From Tricharina praecox (lineage: Eukaryota), in contig NW_026250416.1 in the NCBI RefSeq assembly GCF_024521635.1, forward strand, positions 866,864 to 886,863: a stretch of 20,000 bases of DNA. Reading direction: 5' to 3'. Positions 1 through 9,330 of this stretch are shown one piece after another. The stretch's first letter is position 1. Each line of letters starts with the position of its first letter. Position numbers and translations under genes: made by a program. The notes under the pieces were generated by a model. That model was not told where the DNA came from. It ran no database searches and worked only from the letters and a program-made list of their open reading frames with translations.

Positions 1-1036
1 TGGAGGATGGGTACAACGTATTCGCCGGTGATGCTGCCGCAGAGTGGCCCACTGTTGCCTGCTCGAAACACTCAGCAGTCAGCTGAAGAATTCCTGAGCA
101 GGAGAAAGCAGGTGGGTCACAGCTGAACTAAGAAAACGACGGTAACCCTTTTTGTCGCAAGGCGACCGACAAACCGGCCGAAACGACGGATTGGAGTCGG
201 TCGGAACCATTCATATCGTCGGGGGCGAGCGGTGTTCTTATTGGATCCGTCAGGGAAGATTTCGCATTAGTGGATTGATTTGATGGCGGAGTTGTTCCAA
301 TAAATGGGGGTGGCGCCATTTTAACGAGTGATCGTATGAACTCGGTGCGCCACAGTTGGATGGGGCTGGAGCGAGACAAGGCTACTGAAAACTCCAAAAC
401 CCAACTCGTCTCGAACCGTCCGGCGGTTCTGCCCGGAGCGTCTCCAAGTTTACACGAAATGGTTTCCGGTGGGCACGAGACATGAACTCAACGTTCCGAA
501 TTGACTTTCGAGTGGTGGAACGGCAATCACCCAGCTGTGACTGCGAGTACTCCCGTCACGCTTTCGAGAATCCACATTTCAAGGTACGGGTAGGTGGGCT
601 CAATTAGGCATACGTCATCTTTCAAACTAAACGGAGTGGGATTGGAGAAGCCAGTCAGTTCCTTGATTCGGTCGGACGTACGTATTGTGAAACCGAGAAA
701 AAAATGTGATTCTCCATCCCGTAGGAGACAGAATGGATCATAGGTGAATGGATTCCAAAAATACAAAGAGGAAGCATCAAATAAACCCGTGAGAAGAAGA
801 AACTGTATTCACCTATCCGTGCCTTATAAAGACAGCTCACGCAACACACTTGCCCATATCCGAATAGAACAGACAGCCTCCTCAGCATCTCCATAGCAAG
901 CATCGTCGATCTTCCACAATACCAGACAGCATGATGAACATTATCCTAGCATGCATCATAAAAATCTACGGTCAGGTGCACTCACGCTCGTGAATAGAGC
1001 AGTGACTGCGGGTACTATCGAACGGAAAATTGTTAG

Positions 1037-1474
1037 CTAACCCTTGTTCCGACTGATCAAAACATGGAAGGGAGCCCACAAGAATCCGCCCTTGACAGTG
1101 CCCAAGCAGATGATGGCGATGAGGACGCCGTCAAGAAAGAAGGAGGCAACCCAGACCATGGCCCAAGACATCGGATCACATCCTTCTTCGGGCCACGGCT
1201 GATGAGGCGGAGTGCGGTTCTGCAACGGCAAGATCGGGGTGGAGATCGTGACCGTAGAACTGGATCCTTCGCCAAGTGGGGGGGGACTTCCATCGGGAGT
1301 GTTGTATACGGGCTCGCCATAGCGATTGTAATAGCTCGGGACAGCGGACGAGGTCATCTCCATGCTCATCAGCAGGTCCAGGCCGTAAGGATTGGCTTGA
1401 GGAGGATCATCGACCCAGTGATCAGGCAGGATGGGCCAAAAGTACCCCGTGAGCCATCTGAGGAACCACACCAT
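1037..1474 (-). CDS. Hypothetical membrane protein, probably the first exon of a spliced gene continuing towards ~527
   Basis: ATG at 1474 in ATCATCATG context after a pyrimidine-rich leader. 145-aa frame, Pro/Ser-rich then hydrophobic (WAMVWVASFFLDGVLIAIICLG). Minus-strand splice signals follow (GCTAAC...ATAG acceptor at 1015, GTGAGT donor at 985, GTACGT...CTGAC...TTTAG near 680-625), but I could not assemble one consistent frame. Confidence 0.35.
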   Translation of the reverse strand: MVWFLRWLTGYFWPILPDHWVDDPPQANPYGLDLLMSMEMTSSAVPSYYNRYGEPVYNTPDGSPPPLGEGSSSTVTISTPILPLQNRTPPHQPWPEEGCDPMSWAMVWVASFFLDGVLIAIICLGTVKGGFLWAPFHVLISRNKG

Positions 1475-1851
1475 GATGATTCTGAAGTGGAGAATGGAAG
1501 TTGTCGGGAGGATGGCGGAGCCGCGGAAGTACAGTGAGATGCGAGGAAGTGAGAAGCAAGTATGGCGGGTGTGCAGAGTCGTAATTACGAAGCGATGTAC
1601 CAGTAAGAGCGGCAGATTTATATTCTCGGGGAACGTCACACAGCGGTCCGTTTTCATTGCAGCTTGCTCGGTCATAGTCCGTCCGGAACAAAAATTAATT
1701 GTACATTCCACCAGCACTGATCTCTATTAAACTGCTGGTAACTCCCCAGCCTCAAACTCCATGCTCCGTAAAACAAAAAAACGCAAAGCATTAACATCCC
1801 AATAGCCTGGGATGTAAAACGCTCGAAAGTACCCCTCCTTCATAGCCCAAC

Positions 1852-1966
1852 TTCGGTCAAACGACCACCCTGTCTCCAGCGATCTTCATCCACCATAACA
1901 AAGACCAGGTTCGGTCGAACAACCACCCTGCCTCCAACGATCCTCATCCACGACAACGAAGACCAG
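1852..1966. repeat. Two-copy tandem repeat, 58-bp period
   Basis: Units start at 1852 and 1910; 49/57 identical by eye, and 7 of 8 differences are transitions. Confidence 0.85.
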
Positions 1967-2191
1967 CACTGGCATGACAAGCGGCCTTCTACCCACTCTC
2001 CAGCGTCGACTGAAGAACTCGCGAGCCTGTGGTGCAGGTAGATGATGCGGACCCGCCGGTCGGGGTGGATGGCCTGAACACTGCGAGGTGAGACAAGGAG
2101 AAGGAGGGATGACAACAATCTCCGGAATTCTAGGCGTTTTGGGGTGCTTGCGATGGCGAGGCTTGGGGAGGGAGAAACAAAGGAACTTCAT
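1886..2191 (-). CDS. Small hypothetical protein (101 aa) with a PEIVVI (PxIxIT-like) motif
   Basis: ATG in GCAATCATG context after a CA-rich leader; RIPEIVVIPPSP motif; the C-terminus runs into the 58-bp repeat. No family recognised. Confidence 0.35.
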   Translation of the reverse strand: MKFLCFSLPKPRHRKHPKTPRIPEIVVIPPSPCLTSQCSGHPPRPAGPHHLPAPQAREFFSRRWRVGRRPLVMPVLVFVVVDEDRWRQGGCSTEPGLCYGG

Positions 2192-2880
2192 GATTGCGTG
2201 TCGATATTCTTCGGTGAAGTGAGTGTGATGGTGGCATGGTCAGGGATATCGTTCTGTCTTGGGATGAAGTTGGCTGATGTAGTCTAGCGCAGGCATGTCA
2301 TTCGTCCCTTGCTGCGCCATACATACGACTCCAGTAGAATCCGCACTCCACTGGCGTCTTCGTCTCTTCCACCGTGTGCTCGCAGTGTCGGGCGAGTACA
2401 GCCCCGCAATTCAGCTTATTTTCCCCTTATTGACAAGAGCAGACTCGCAGACTCGCCGTACCTCCGGTCACTGACTTCCAATAGCCTTCCACGAACGGCC
2501 CTCACGGTCCATATGGACGAAGTGCACAACACCGTCGCTCCCGCTCTCATTACCACTTTCCTCCTACTCACACCATCTTCTAAGCTTTATTTCCCCTGGC
2601 CCCATCGCCACATCCGCCCGTCATCACATCATCTTCGGGGGAAGTCTTCTCCTGCAGATAGACATGTTTCTGTGCACTACGGTCCTCCTGCAGATCCAGC
2701 ATTGCTCAGTCTGCACCTCTGGATGTAGCATCTCCCTAGGACCATCCCCACGACCTCCGCCTAGTCGTCCTTGATTAACACCATCGCATTACAGCCCATC
2801 TCGGCGAACGCCCACAGTGAGTGGGAAAGCAGTGCGACGGCTCCCCATAGGTTAAATCAGCTGCGTGCGAAATAAACTGA

Positions 2881-2883
<3 letters not shown>

Positions 2884-2926
<43 letters not shown>

Positions 2927-2945
2927 GTCTCTCTCTCTCTCTCTC

Positions 2946-3006
<61 letters not shown>
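2884..3006. repeat. Compound (CT)n microsatellite with three CTGTCTGT interruptions
   Basis: Directly visible; interruptions at 2921-2928, 2947-2954 and 2977-2984. Confidence 0.98.
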
Positions 3007-3960
3007 TTCCCGGGGAACGGCGCAGCCCGGCGGATATGAGACTTGAATCCTTTCCGTTAGGTGGGGAGTGTCTAACGGCAGCAGAGATGTCAAGAGATTG
3101 CTGCAAAAGCGCATAAGGGTACGACTCTATTGCAAGCTCACTTGATCGGAAGAATCTTCACTGACAACGGATACTTACAAGGCATTAGCATGAGCGTCAA
3201 CCTCGCCATCCAGCGATCCCGTATCATTCACTAATACACATGCCGGCCTGTCTGCATGCTGGAGAACCTTCGGTAGCCTGGTTGCATAAGCCGTTGGAAG
3301 GTGATTGACGGCTGCCTATTTTATCGTCAGATTAGAGTCTGATCGATACAACGTCCAAGCTACCGACCGGGTCTGTGCCAATCGCAAGAGGGAAAATTTT
3401 GGCGGTAGCAGCTTCGGCAGATCCTCACCGCTCTCTTCTCTTAAGAACACCTCACCCTGAACTCATCACCTGGGTCAGTCGCATACTATCTCCTCGAGTT
3501 GTGGTTTACTGACCTGGACAGAATCCTTCATCGGTGATGAGTAACCTCCAAGAGCAAAATAGGGATGGCTACGTGAACATTTAAACTCCATATACGCCAA
3601 TGCGGTACAACAGCTTTTCATTGATCGCAGGAACATTCCAGGTCCAGCCTCCAGGGTGTCCGAAATCCGACGCAGGGTCTTTAATGCGTGAAGCCTCTCG
3701 GAATTTCGCCTGGTTATGCTGTTAGTTCCCATGTCGAAGTTACTCGTTGTTCGATGTCCCAGCGCTACGACGAGATTCTAGATGGTGTGTAATTATCCGC
3801 TACAGCTAGTTCGCACCACGGACTTCCCGCACGCTAGCTTCTACTCAACCCCCGCCATTGAAAAGATTGCGCTGCCGCGAAGGATATTTCTTCAATCTAC
3901 TGCAAAAATGATAGGATTCAATTCGAAGTAGCAGAGGATTTCCTGGTACCATTCGGCGTT

Positions 3961-4160
3961 TATATCACCTACCAGCCTCACCTTCCGTCTGCGACCTCCC
4001 ACCAATCCGCCAACCGATCCTCTGCCCAACCCTCCCTCGCGCTCTACTCCAATACCTCAACCCTACCTCCCTCTCATTCTTCAACCCTCCCTCCACCCCT
4101 TTCTCCCAACAACCCTCCATCCCTCCAACCGTTTCTTTTTTCAACCCCCATCCACGTTTC
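3961..4160 (+). promoter_or_regulatory. C/T-rich, G-poor tract (fungal CT-box core promoter or 5'UTR) upstream of ORF 4212
   Basis: About 200 nt strongly depleted of G, just 5' of the ATG at 4212. Similar tracts precede the ATGs at 8564 and 14116. Confidence 0.4.
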
Positions 4161-4211
4161 TCACGACGACAAGACACATCAGATACTACGACAACTACCG
4201 CGATTATAACG

Positions 4212-4970
4212 ATGAACAACCTCAATCCCTACGCAATTTCCGCCGGTTCCCCTTACGCGAAGGAGAATACTGCGGAGGACACTGAAATGCAAGCGGAACC
4301 TCAACAGTCTGAGCAGACTCCGGGCTTTGATCGCCAAGGAACTTCATCCGACATCATCCAACCGCCGCCTCAAGCGAAGATATCGGACAAGATAACTTCT
4401 GCGGAGATCCAGGACGCCCTGCTCAGGAATGATGTCAACTGGCGACAACAGTGGGAAGATGTCGATCTCGGGTTGCACTCAGGCTCGCCTATCCCCGGGG
4501 TACCCACGAACACCCCAAACGCTCCGTCGACGTGGCTTACCACCTCCTCCCCGTCCACAATTGCTCCTAGCCATGCGACCTCGAGCGAATCTACCTTGTT
4601 CGCCCTCCCGCCGCCAGCACTATCGCTATGGGAACCCGCCGCTGCGCGCCACAGTAACTCCTACTGGAACCATGTGCCGCATGCCACACGTCGAGGCAGG
4701 CGTCCAGCTGATCTGTTGTTCAGCGGATACGTTCCCAGTCAGGGATCCCGCTGGAGCTGGCGTCGAATACTGGGACGCTCGCAATCTGCGGAAGATCTGA
4801 ACGGTTCCGCCAGGAGAACCAGTGAGAGATGGTGGGATCGCCTATTCGCGAGCGCAGTGTGTGCCCGTTTCAGCGTCGGAATCATATTTGTGTTGTTGAT
4901 GGCTGCGGTGGTGGCGTGGTCGGTTGGAAGTGATGCGAAGAAGCACATGGATTACAAGATGCCAATGTAA
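4212..4970 (+). CDS. Hypothetical 252-aa protein, disordered Ser/Pro/Thr-rich with a single C-terminal TM helix (tail-anchored-like)
   Basis: Longest uninterrupted ORF in the window, A at -3, CT-rich upstream tract; hydrophobic FSVGIIFVLLMAAVVAWSVG followed by a 13-aa tail. Confidence 0.65.
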   Translation: MNNLNPYAISAGSPYAKENTAEDTEMQAEPQQSEQTPGFDRQGTSSDIIQPPPQAKISDKITSAEIQDALLRNDVNWRQQWEDVDLGLHSGSPIPGVPTNTPNAPSTWLTTSSPSTIAPSHATSSESTLFALPPPALSLWEPAAARHSNSYWNHVPHATRRGRRPADLLFSGYVPSQGSRWSWRRILGRSQSAEDLNGSARRTSERWWDRLFASAVCARFSVGIIFVLLMAAVVAWSVGSDAKKHMDYKMPM

Positions 4971-5515
4971 TCAGCGGTTGATTGAAAGGATGGAGTCTGC
5001 CGGCCAGGTACTGCGAACCGGGAGAGGGGTCCTGCTTGACTGTTTGCTAATTGTCTTTCCTATACTTGAACCGGGGGTGAATGGTGGGAGCTTCAGCTGT
5101 TTGAGACAGTATACGGGCGCGAGACTTGGGTTTACTTTTCATTTGGTTTCTTTTTCACGTTTTCTCGGACGTTGGATATTCGGTGTAAACTTGGTTGTTG
5201 ATAGACCTCAAATGCCATATCGTATATCACTCGCTGTTTTTCTTTCCACGTGAACATCATAATTGAGGAATCGACACTTAGATAGGCGAGCGCAGTACTC
5301 ATGACCGGCTAGTTATCGACCGATCGACAGTGACCTCCCTACCTGGGTCAATCCTGACAAATTCGTCCAGTATCATGAATCCTTACGCGATTACTAGCCA
5401 CCCGGCGACACTCAACCCATAGTCGCCACTGTTGGAATGTATGAACATGTGTTGTCCTGTATGAGTTCGAAAGCCTCGAGAGAAGACAGAAAAGAGGGAT
5501 GGGGCGGCCTGTACC

Positions 5516-6415
5516 TTTTTTTTGTTCATGCATTGATTGCAAGCGACCTTTGTAGATAATGGCAATACACCCAGTTTCACCCCCCCCGCTTCCACGCCAC
5601 TGTCCAAACCGACTTGCGTCGAGCAGCCCGATGTGGCTTTCTCTGCCCTCCACCCTGGACTTTCCCGGCAGTATATGAGCTTACCAAGCAGAGACAGAGC
5701 TAGAGAGAGGTAGCAATCGTTGCCTCTCGCCACGTCCGTCTCCACTGTTCGCCCCCACACCTGCCCCCGCCGGCGCCCCCGCGCCCTCCAGTCTTTTCAC
5801 CTCTACCGCAAGGTTCTGGTCCGCTATTCTACATCGTTTGGCTCCTCAGCTTCACCGCCCTCCTCGCCCTGGACTTCGGCACCCTCCTCCTCCTCCTCGA
5901 GTCGCCTCAGCTCCGCTCTGCCTTCCCGCTCCCTGAGCTCCCACTCGGATACCTCGCTTGCTGCATCTTCCACATCGGCCTCTGGCATTCGTCTGCCCAT
6001 ATCAGTGGTGGAGGGGAACTCTGGGATGCCCTTACTGCATCGCTCGTCTGCAAAGAGGTCCCGGATTTTGAAGCGGTCTTTGCCCTTCCATGTCTGCTGC
6101 TGGAATTCTGCCCAGAGTGTCTATTGCTGACTTTTCCATTCAGGGCCATTTATGAAGAGGTGCTCTCGGGTCTGTGTGTTGTAGCGGCAACATCCACAGC
6201 GGGCATCCGGGCGGCGGTTCGTCAACTGGAGGCACTGGCGGGTGAGGCAGTGGCCTTTCTTCAGCAAGTAGATATTAAAGTCTTGATGCTAGTCGCTTGG
6301 GGTCCATGGACAGGACTGGGCCACGGCTCTGGCTATGTTTCCGGCTGTACCGATACTTCTTGTGAGTGACTTTGGTCTCCGCCCATGCCTGCTCATGCCT
6401 TCGCATCTTTCCACT
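5516..6415 (-). mobile_element. 5'-truncated, degenerate non-LTR retrotransposon (fungal LINE, Tad1-like) 3' end, copy A
   Basis: Minus-strand translation across frameshifts: KKYRY...KRLASR/IYLLKKGHCLTRQCLQLTNRRPDARCGCCRYNTQTREHLFINGPEWKSQQ*TLWAEFQQQTWKGKDRFKIRDLFADERCSKGIPEFPSTTDMGRR...SEVSEWELRERE. This is the CCHC-knuckle C-terminus of fungal LINE ORF2. Stop at 5824-5826, A8 tail at 5516-5523, candidate TSD 5502-5514 / 6416-6428 (10/13). Confidence 0.85.
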
Positions 6416-6459
6416 GGGCAGGCAGTACTTGCCGCCGTTATGACCGCGTAAGCAACTCA

Positions 6460-7403
6460 TTTGTTTTTGTTTAATCATCACAGCATTCGACCTTATCAGC
6501 GCATGGCTGTACACACGTCGAATTCCACCCCACTGTCTCCGACCGTTCGCCGCGAGGTCGATGTGGGATTCCTATTGCTCTCCGCCCGGCCCATCCGCGC
6601 ATAAATAGAAAGACAGAAAGGAAGGAGTACAATGAGATGACAAAATGGAAATGAAAGGAAAAGCGTCAGTATTTCTCAAAACCCCACATCAAACGTCCTT
6701 TCACTAATCAATTCATGCATCCAGTCTAACGCCTCATCTCATCTAGCGTATGCCGGAATCTCCGGCCAACTAGCCCATACTCTTTCCGCCGCTCTCGCTC
6801 TCACCACGTCCCAGTCTATCACTATGCCTGGGGCCCGCGTTGGTGTTGGGGTTTCGATGTCTGGTGCCGGCGGCGCGAGGCTTGTGGGGGTGGGGAGGAA
6901 AAACCGTTCCCGTGCCTGTCGCCTCTCTTCTGGTGCCACTACTCTCCGCTGCCGCTGCTCTCGCTGCTTCTCTCTTTTCTACTACTATGGACGCTGGGAT
7001 AGGTGGGTTCCGCCGCTGTCGCTGCGAATTCAGAGAGCTAGCTCGGATATTCTTGTTGCTTTACCCCGAAGGGTGGCACCCGTCGGCCCTTGTCTGTGGT
7101 GGTAAGGAAGCGGCGGAGGCCCTGCTGCAATCTCGGTTGGCAAAGAGGTCTTTAATGTTAAACCTATCCTTCCCTCGGCCAGTCTTCTTTCGTACTTCCG
7201 TCCAAAGGGACTTGTGTTGCTCCCGCTACTGCGCGCAGTCTTCAACAGGTGTTCTCGGGTCTGGATCTTGTATTGGTACCACCAGCACTCTGTCGTTTGT
7301 CGGTTTTTCGTTTATGCCAAATGCTGGCCTGGTAGACCATGGCCTGTTCTGAGTTGGTGGTACCTTGCGGCGACCATCTTTCCGCTGTCTGCACCTGGTA
7401 TAT
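6460..7403 (-). mobile_element. 5'-truncated, degenerate LINE 3' end, copy B (related, divergent subfamily)
   Basis: Minus strand: KMVAARYHQLRTGHGLPGQHLA*TKNRQTTECWWYQYKIQTREHLLK/DCAQ*REQHKSLWTEVRKKTGRGKDRFNIKDLFANRDCSRA/FLTTTDKGRRVP...FFLPTPT, which aligns with copy A. T-rich 3'UTR, A-rich tail ~6460-6472, candidate TSD CCGCGTAAGCAAC at 6444-6456 vs 7404-7424 (with an 8-nt insertion). Confidence 0.85.
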
Positions 7404-7745
7404 CCGCGTAACCGACTAAGCAACGAGTGAGATATCACAACAGCCCCAATGAATACCATGCCGAATGATAGAATTGGACAAAAAGGAGGAGGCGTTTTTG
7501 ATAAGGACTAAGTTTGGAACGTAATCCCGCCAACCACTGTCCCTTATCATTCCCGATGGTATGATACCTGTATGTTGGGAAACGATGCGGTAGAGGTGTG
7601 AGGCTACGAGACTAGGGAGCCTAGTGGGGGTAGAGCGTCCAACCGAGTTTTCTATCGTCTGATCTGTCCGGCCTGGGCCTCGGACAAGAATGCACAGCGT
7701 CCTTCCCAGTCCGTCCCGGCCTCGCACACAACGGCCGATGTTCTC

Positions 7746-8043
7746 TCAGTAGATGGACGAGATGGCCAGTCGACGGCCGTCCGCTAAGCCTGGGGCAAAA
7801 ACCTGATTTTGGGCGCGGAGCTTGGCTATCCGAGTGAGATATGATGCCTCATGAGCTGTGGTGGGTCCGGGCGACGTGCCTTGGGCGTGCAAGTCAGAAT
7901 ACTGATACTTCTCACAACTTGTGCAGTACTGATAGGATATGTGGGCCAAGAAATCATCAATCAGCCGAATCACATACCATGACTTGTGCCGCTGTCCTCC
8001 GTCGTCGGAAGAGGACCGACCCGTTTGGCACCGCCTCGGACAT
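7746..8043 (-). CDS. Possible two-exon small protein (82 aa) with CxxC
   Basis: CCATCATG start at 8043. A 49-nt phase-0 intron 7977-7929 (GTATGT...GCTGAT...CAG) joins MSEAVPNGSVLFRRRRTAAQVM to YCTSCEKYQ...SSIY*. No homology recognised. Confidence 0.3.
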
Positions 8044-8563
8044 GATGGAGACTTTTGACAACCGTCCGTTCCAGACTCGGATAGGATGATGGAGAATACA
8101 GGGCCCCTCTGTGAGCAGTCGTCGGTGGCCTACTGCTCGCTTCAACAACCAGTATTACATCGGTTTCGCTCCTTCACTCAACACTTGTGGGGAAGGCTCT
8201 CGTCGCATTTTCGAAAGACACTTTCAGCTACCAGTCGTCGAGACTAGTGAGTTGTGAGTCGGCCAATACTCAGCTTGCCAAAACGCCACTTACATTCAGT
8301 GTCCCGTGCCAGGGAAGTCCTATTCACACCCAGCCCTGCTCACACCCTACCCTTCTATACTTTAATCCCCCTCTCCACTCCTCTTTTCTTTCCTTCACAC
8401 CTTGCAACCGACCGACATCCCGCAACGCAAATTCGAACCCGCAACCACAATTCAGAATCCGCAATCCTCCTCATCCACCTCTAACTATCATCTCTTCTTC
8501 TTTTTCTTCTTCTTCTTCTCACGAAGGAATCAAATCGGGCTTTTTCTTCGCTCGCAACACACA

Positions 8564-8846
8564 ATGAACAGCTCAATCGAACGCATGTAAGTTTTTTCCG
8601 ACTCATAGTCACTTACAGCTCTTCGTTTCGCTAATCGCCTGTAGGTCTGACGAAGGTTGGGACTGGAAGGTCGGCAAGATCACCGAACAGGCCCCGGCTA
8701 TCATCATCAATCTCCCGGGGAACACAGAGAGTTGTGTCGTCACGCTTATCAGGATCGTCAAGGGTACCGTCGCCACCATTTCCTTGTCGTCATCGACGTC
8801 ACCCTCCGGTCAAGTGTTGAGCAGCCGGCCATATTCCTTTCCGTAG
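8564..8846 (+). CDS. Two-exon small hypothetical protein (74 aa as read), possibly the 5' part of a longer BED-finger gene
   Basis: ACACAATG start after a CT-rich tract; consensus 58-nt intron 8587-8644 (GTAAGT...GCTAAT...TAG). Product MNSSIERMSDEGWDWKVGKITEQAPAIIINLPGNTESCVVTLIRIVKGTVATISL...PYSFP*. Confidence 0.45.
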
Positions 8847-8978
8847 TCTTGCCAGGCGTGGAAGAGGGCGGGTTACTCAAGCAACACTCGCTACCAGACA
8901 ACTGGAAGCAAAAAAACTTTCGGTTGGGGATGTTATTGAGTCCGCCTAACCACGTCGTGTCAAGTTGGTGTATCACAG

Positions 8979-9330
8979 GTACACGACCCCCCGGATGATC
9001 CACCCGCGACACTTCCGGAACCGGCACCTGTGCAGGTCACCGACCGGCAGAGGCTGACGTCTGCCATCTGGCAGCATGGGAACCCTGTCACCTTCAAGGA
9101 TGAATGCCACTGGATGTGCAAGCACTGTGTCGACAAGCGCAGCCGCTTCAACAGGAACAGCGGCTCCGTCCGTCACCACATGCGCTTCTTACGGAATCTC
9201 GGAGTGGCGCTTAGACAAACCACACGGCTACTTACTATCGAAGCCTGATTTATCCCAGGAGAGTCCTGAGAGTGATCGGGCAACGATGGCAGTGTGGCCC
9301 CTAGAAAATCGGGGAAGATTCAACGAATAA
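8979..9330 (+). pseudogene. Frameshifted BED-type zinc finger exon (hAT-transposase-like N-terminus)
   Basis: After a CCTAAC...CACAG acceptor (8978): RLTSAIWQHG...HWMCKHC...SGSVRHH. The terminal LDKPHGY lies in the +1 frame at 9211-9231. No transposase catalytic region is visible downstream. Confidence 0.55.

Noticed and set aside
1064..1537. 157-aa plus-strand ORF
   Set aside because: Antisense to the better-supported minus-strand membrane ORF; no recognisable motif.
2649..2716. CTCCTGCAGAT repeated at 36-bp spacing within ORF 2309-2728
   Set aside because: Only two short copies, the ORF starts at TTG, and there is no other support.
2852..3116. ERERER / LSLSLS ORFs
   Set aside because: Translation artefacts of the (CT)n microsatellite.
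3270..3730. Intron-like signals (GTCAGT...ACTGAC...CAG)
   Set aside because: Could not be joined into a convincing reading frame.
5720..7352. Plus-strand ORFs 5720-6130, 6124-6369, 6824-7105 and 6840-7352
   Set aside because: Antisense shadows of the decayed LINE ORF2 fragments.
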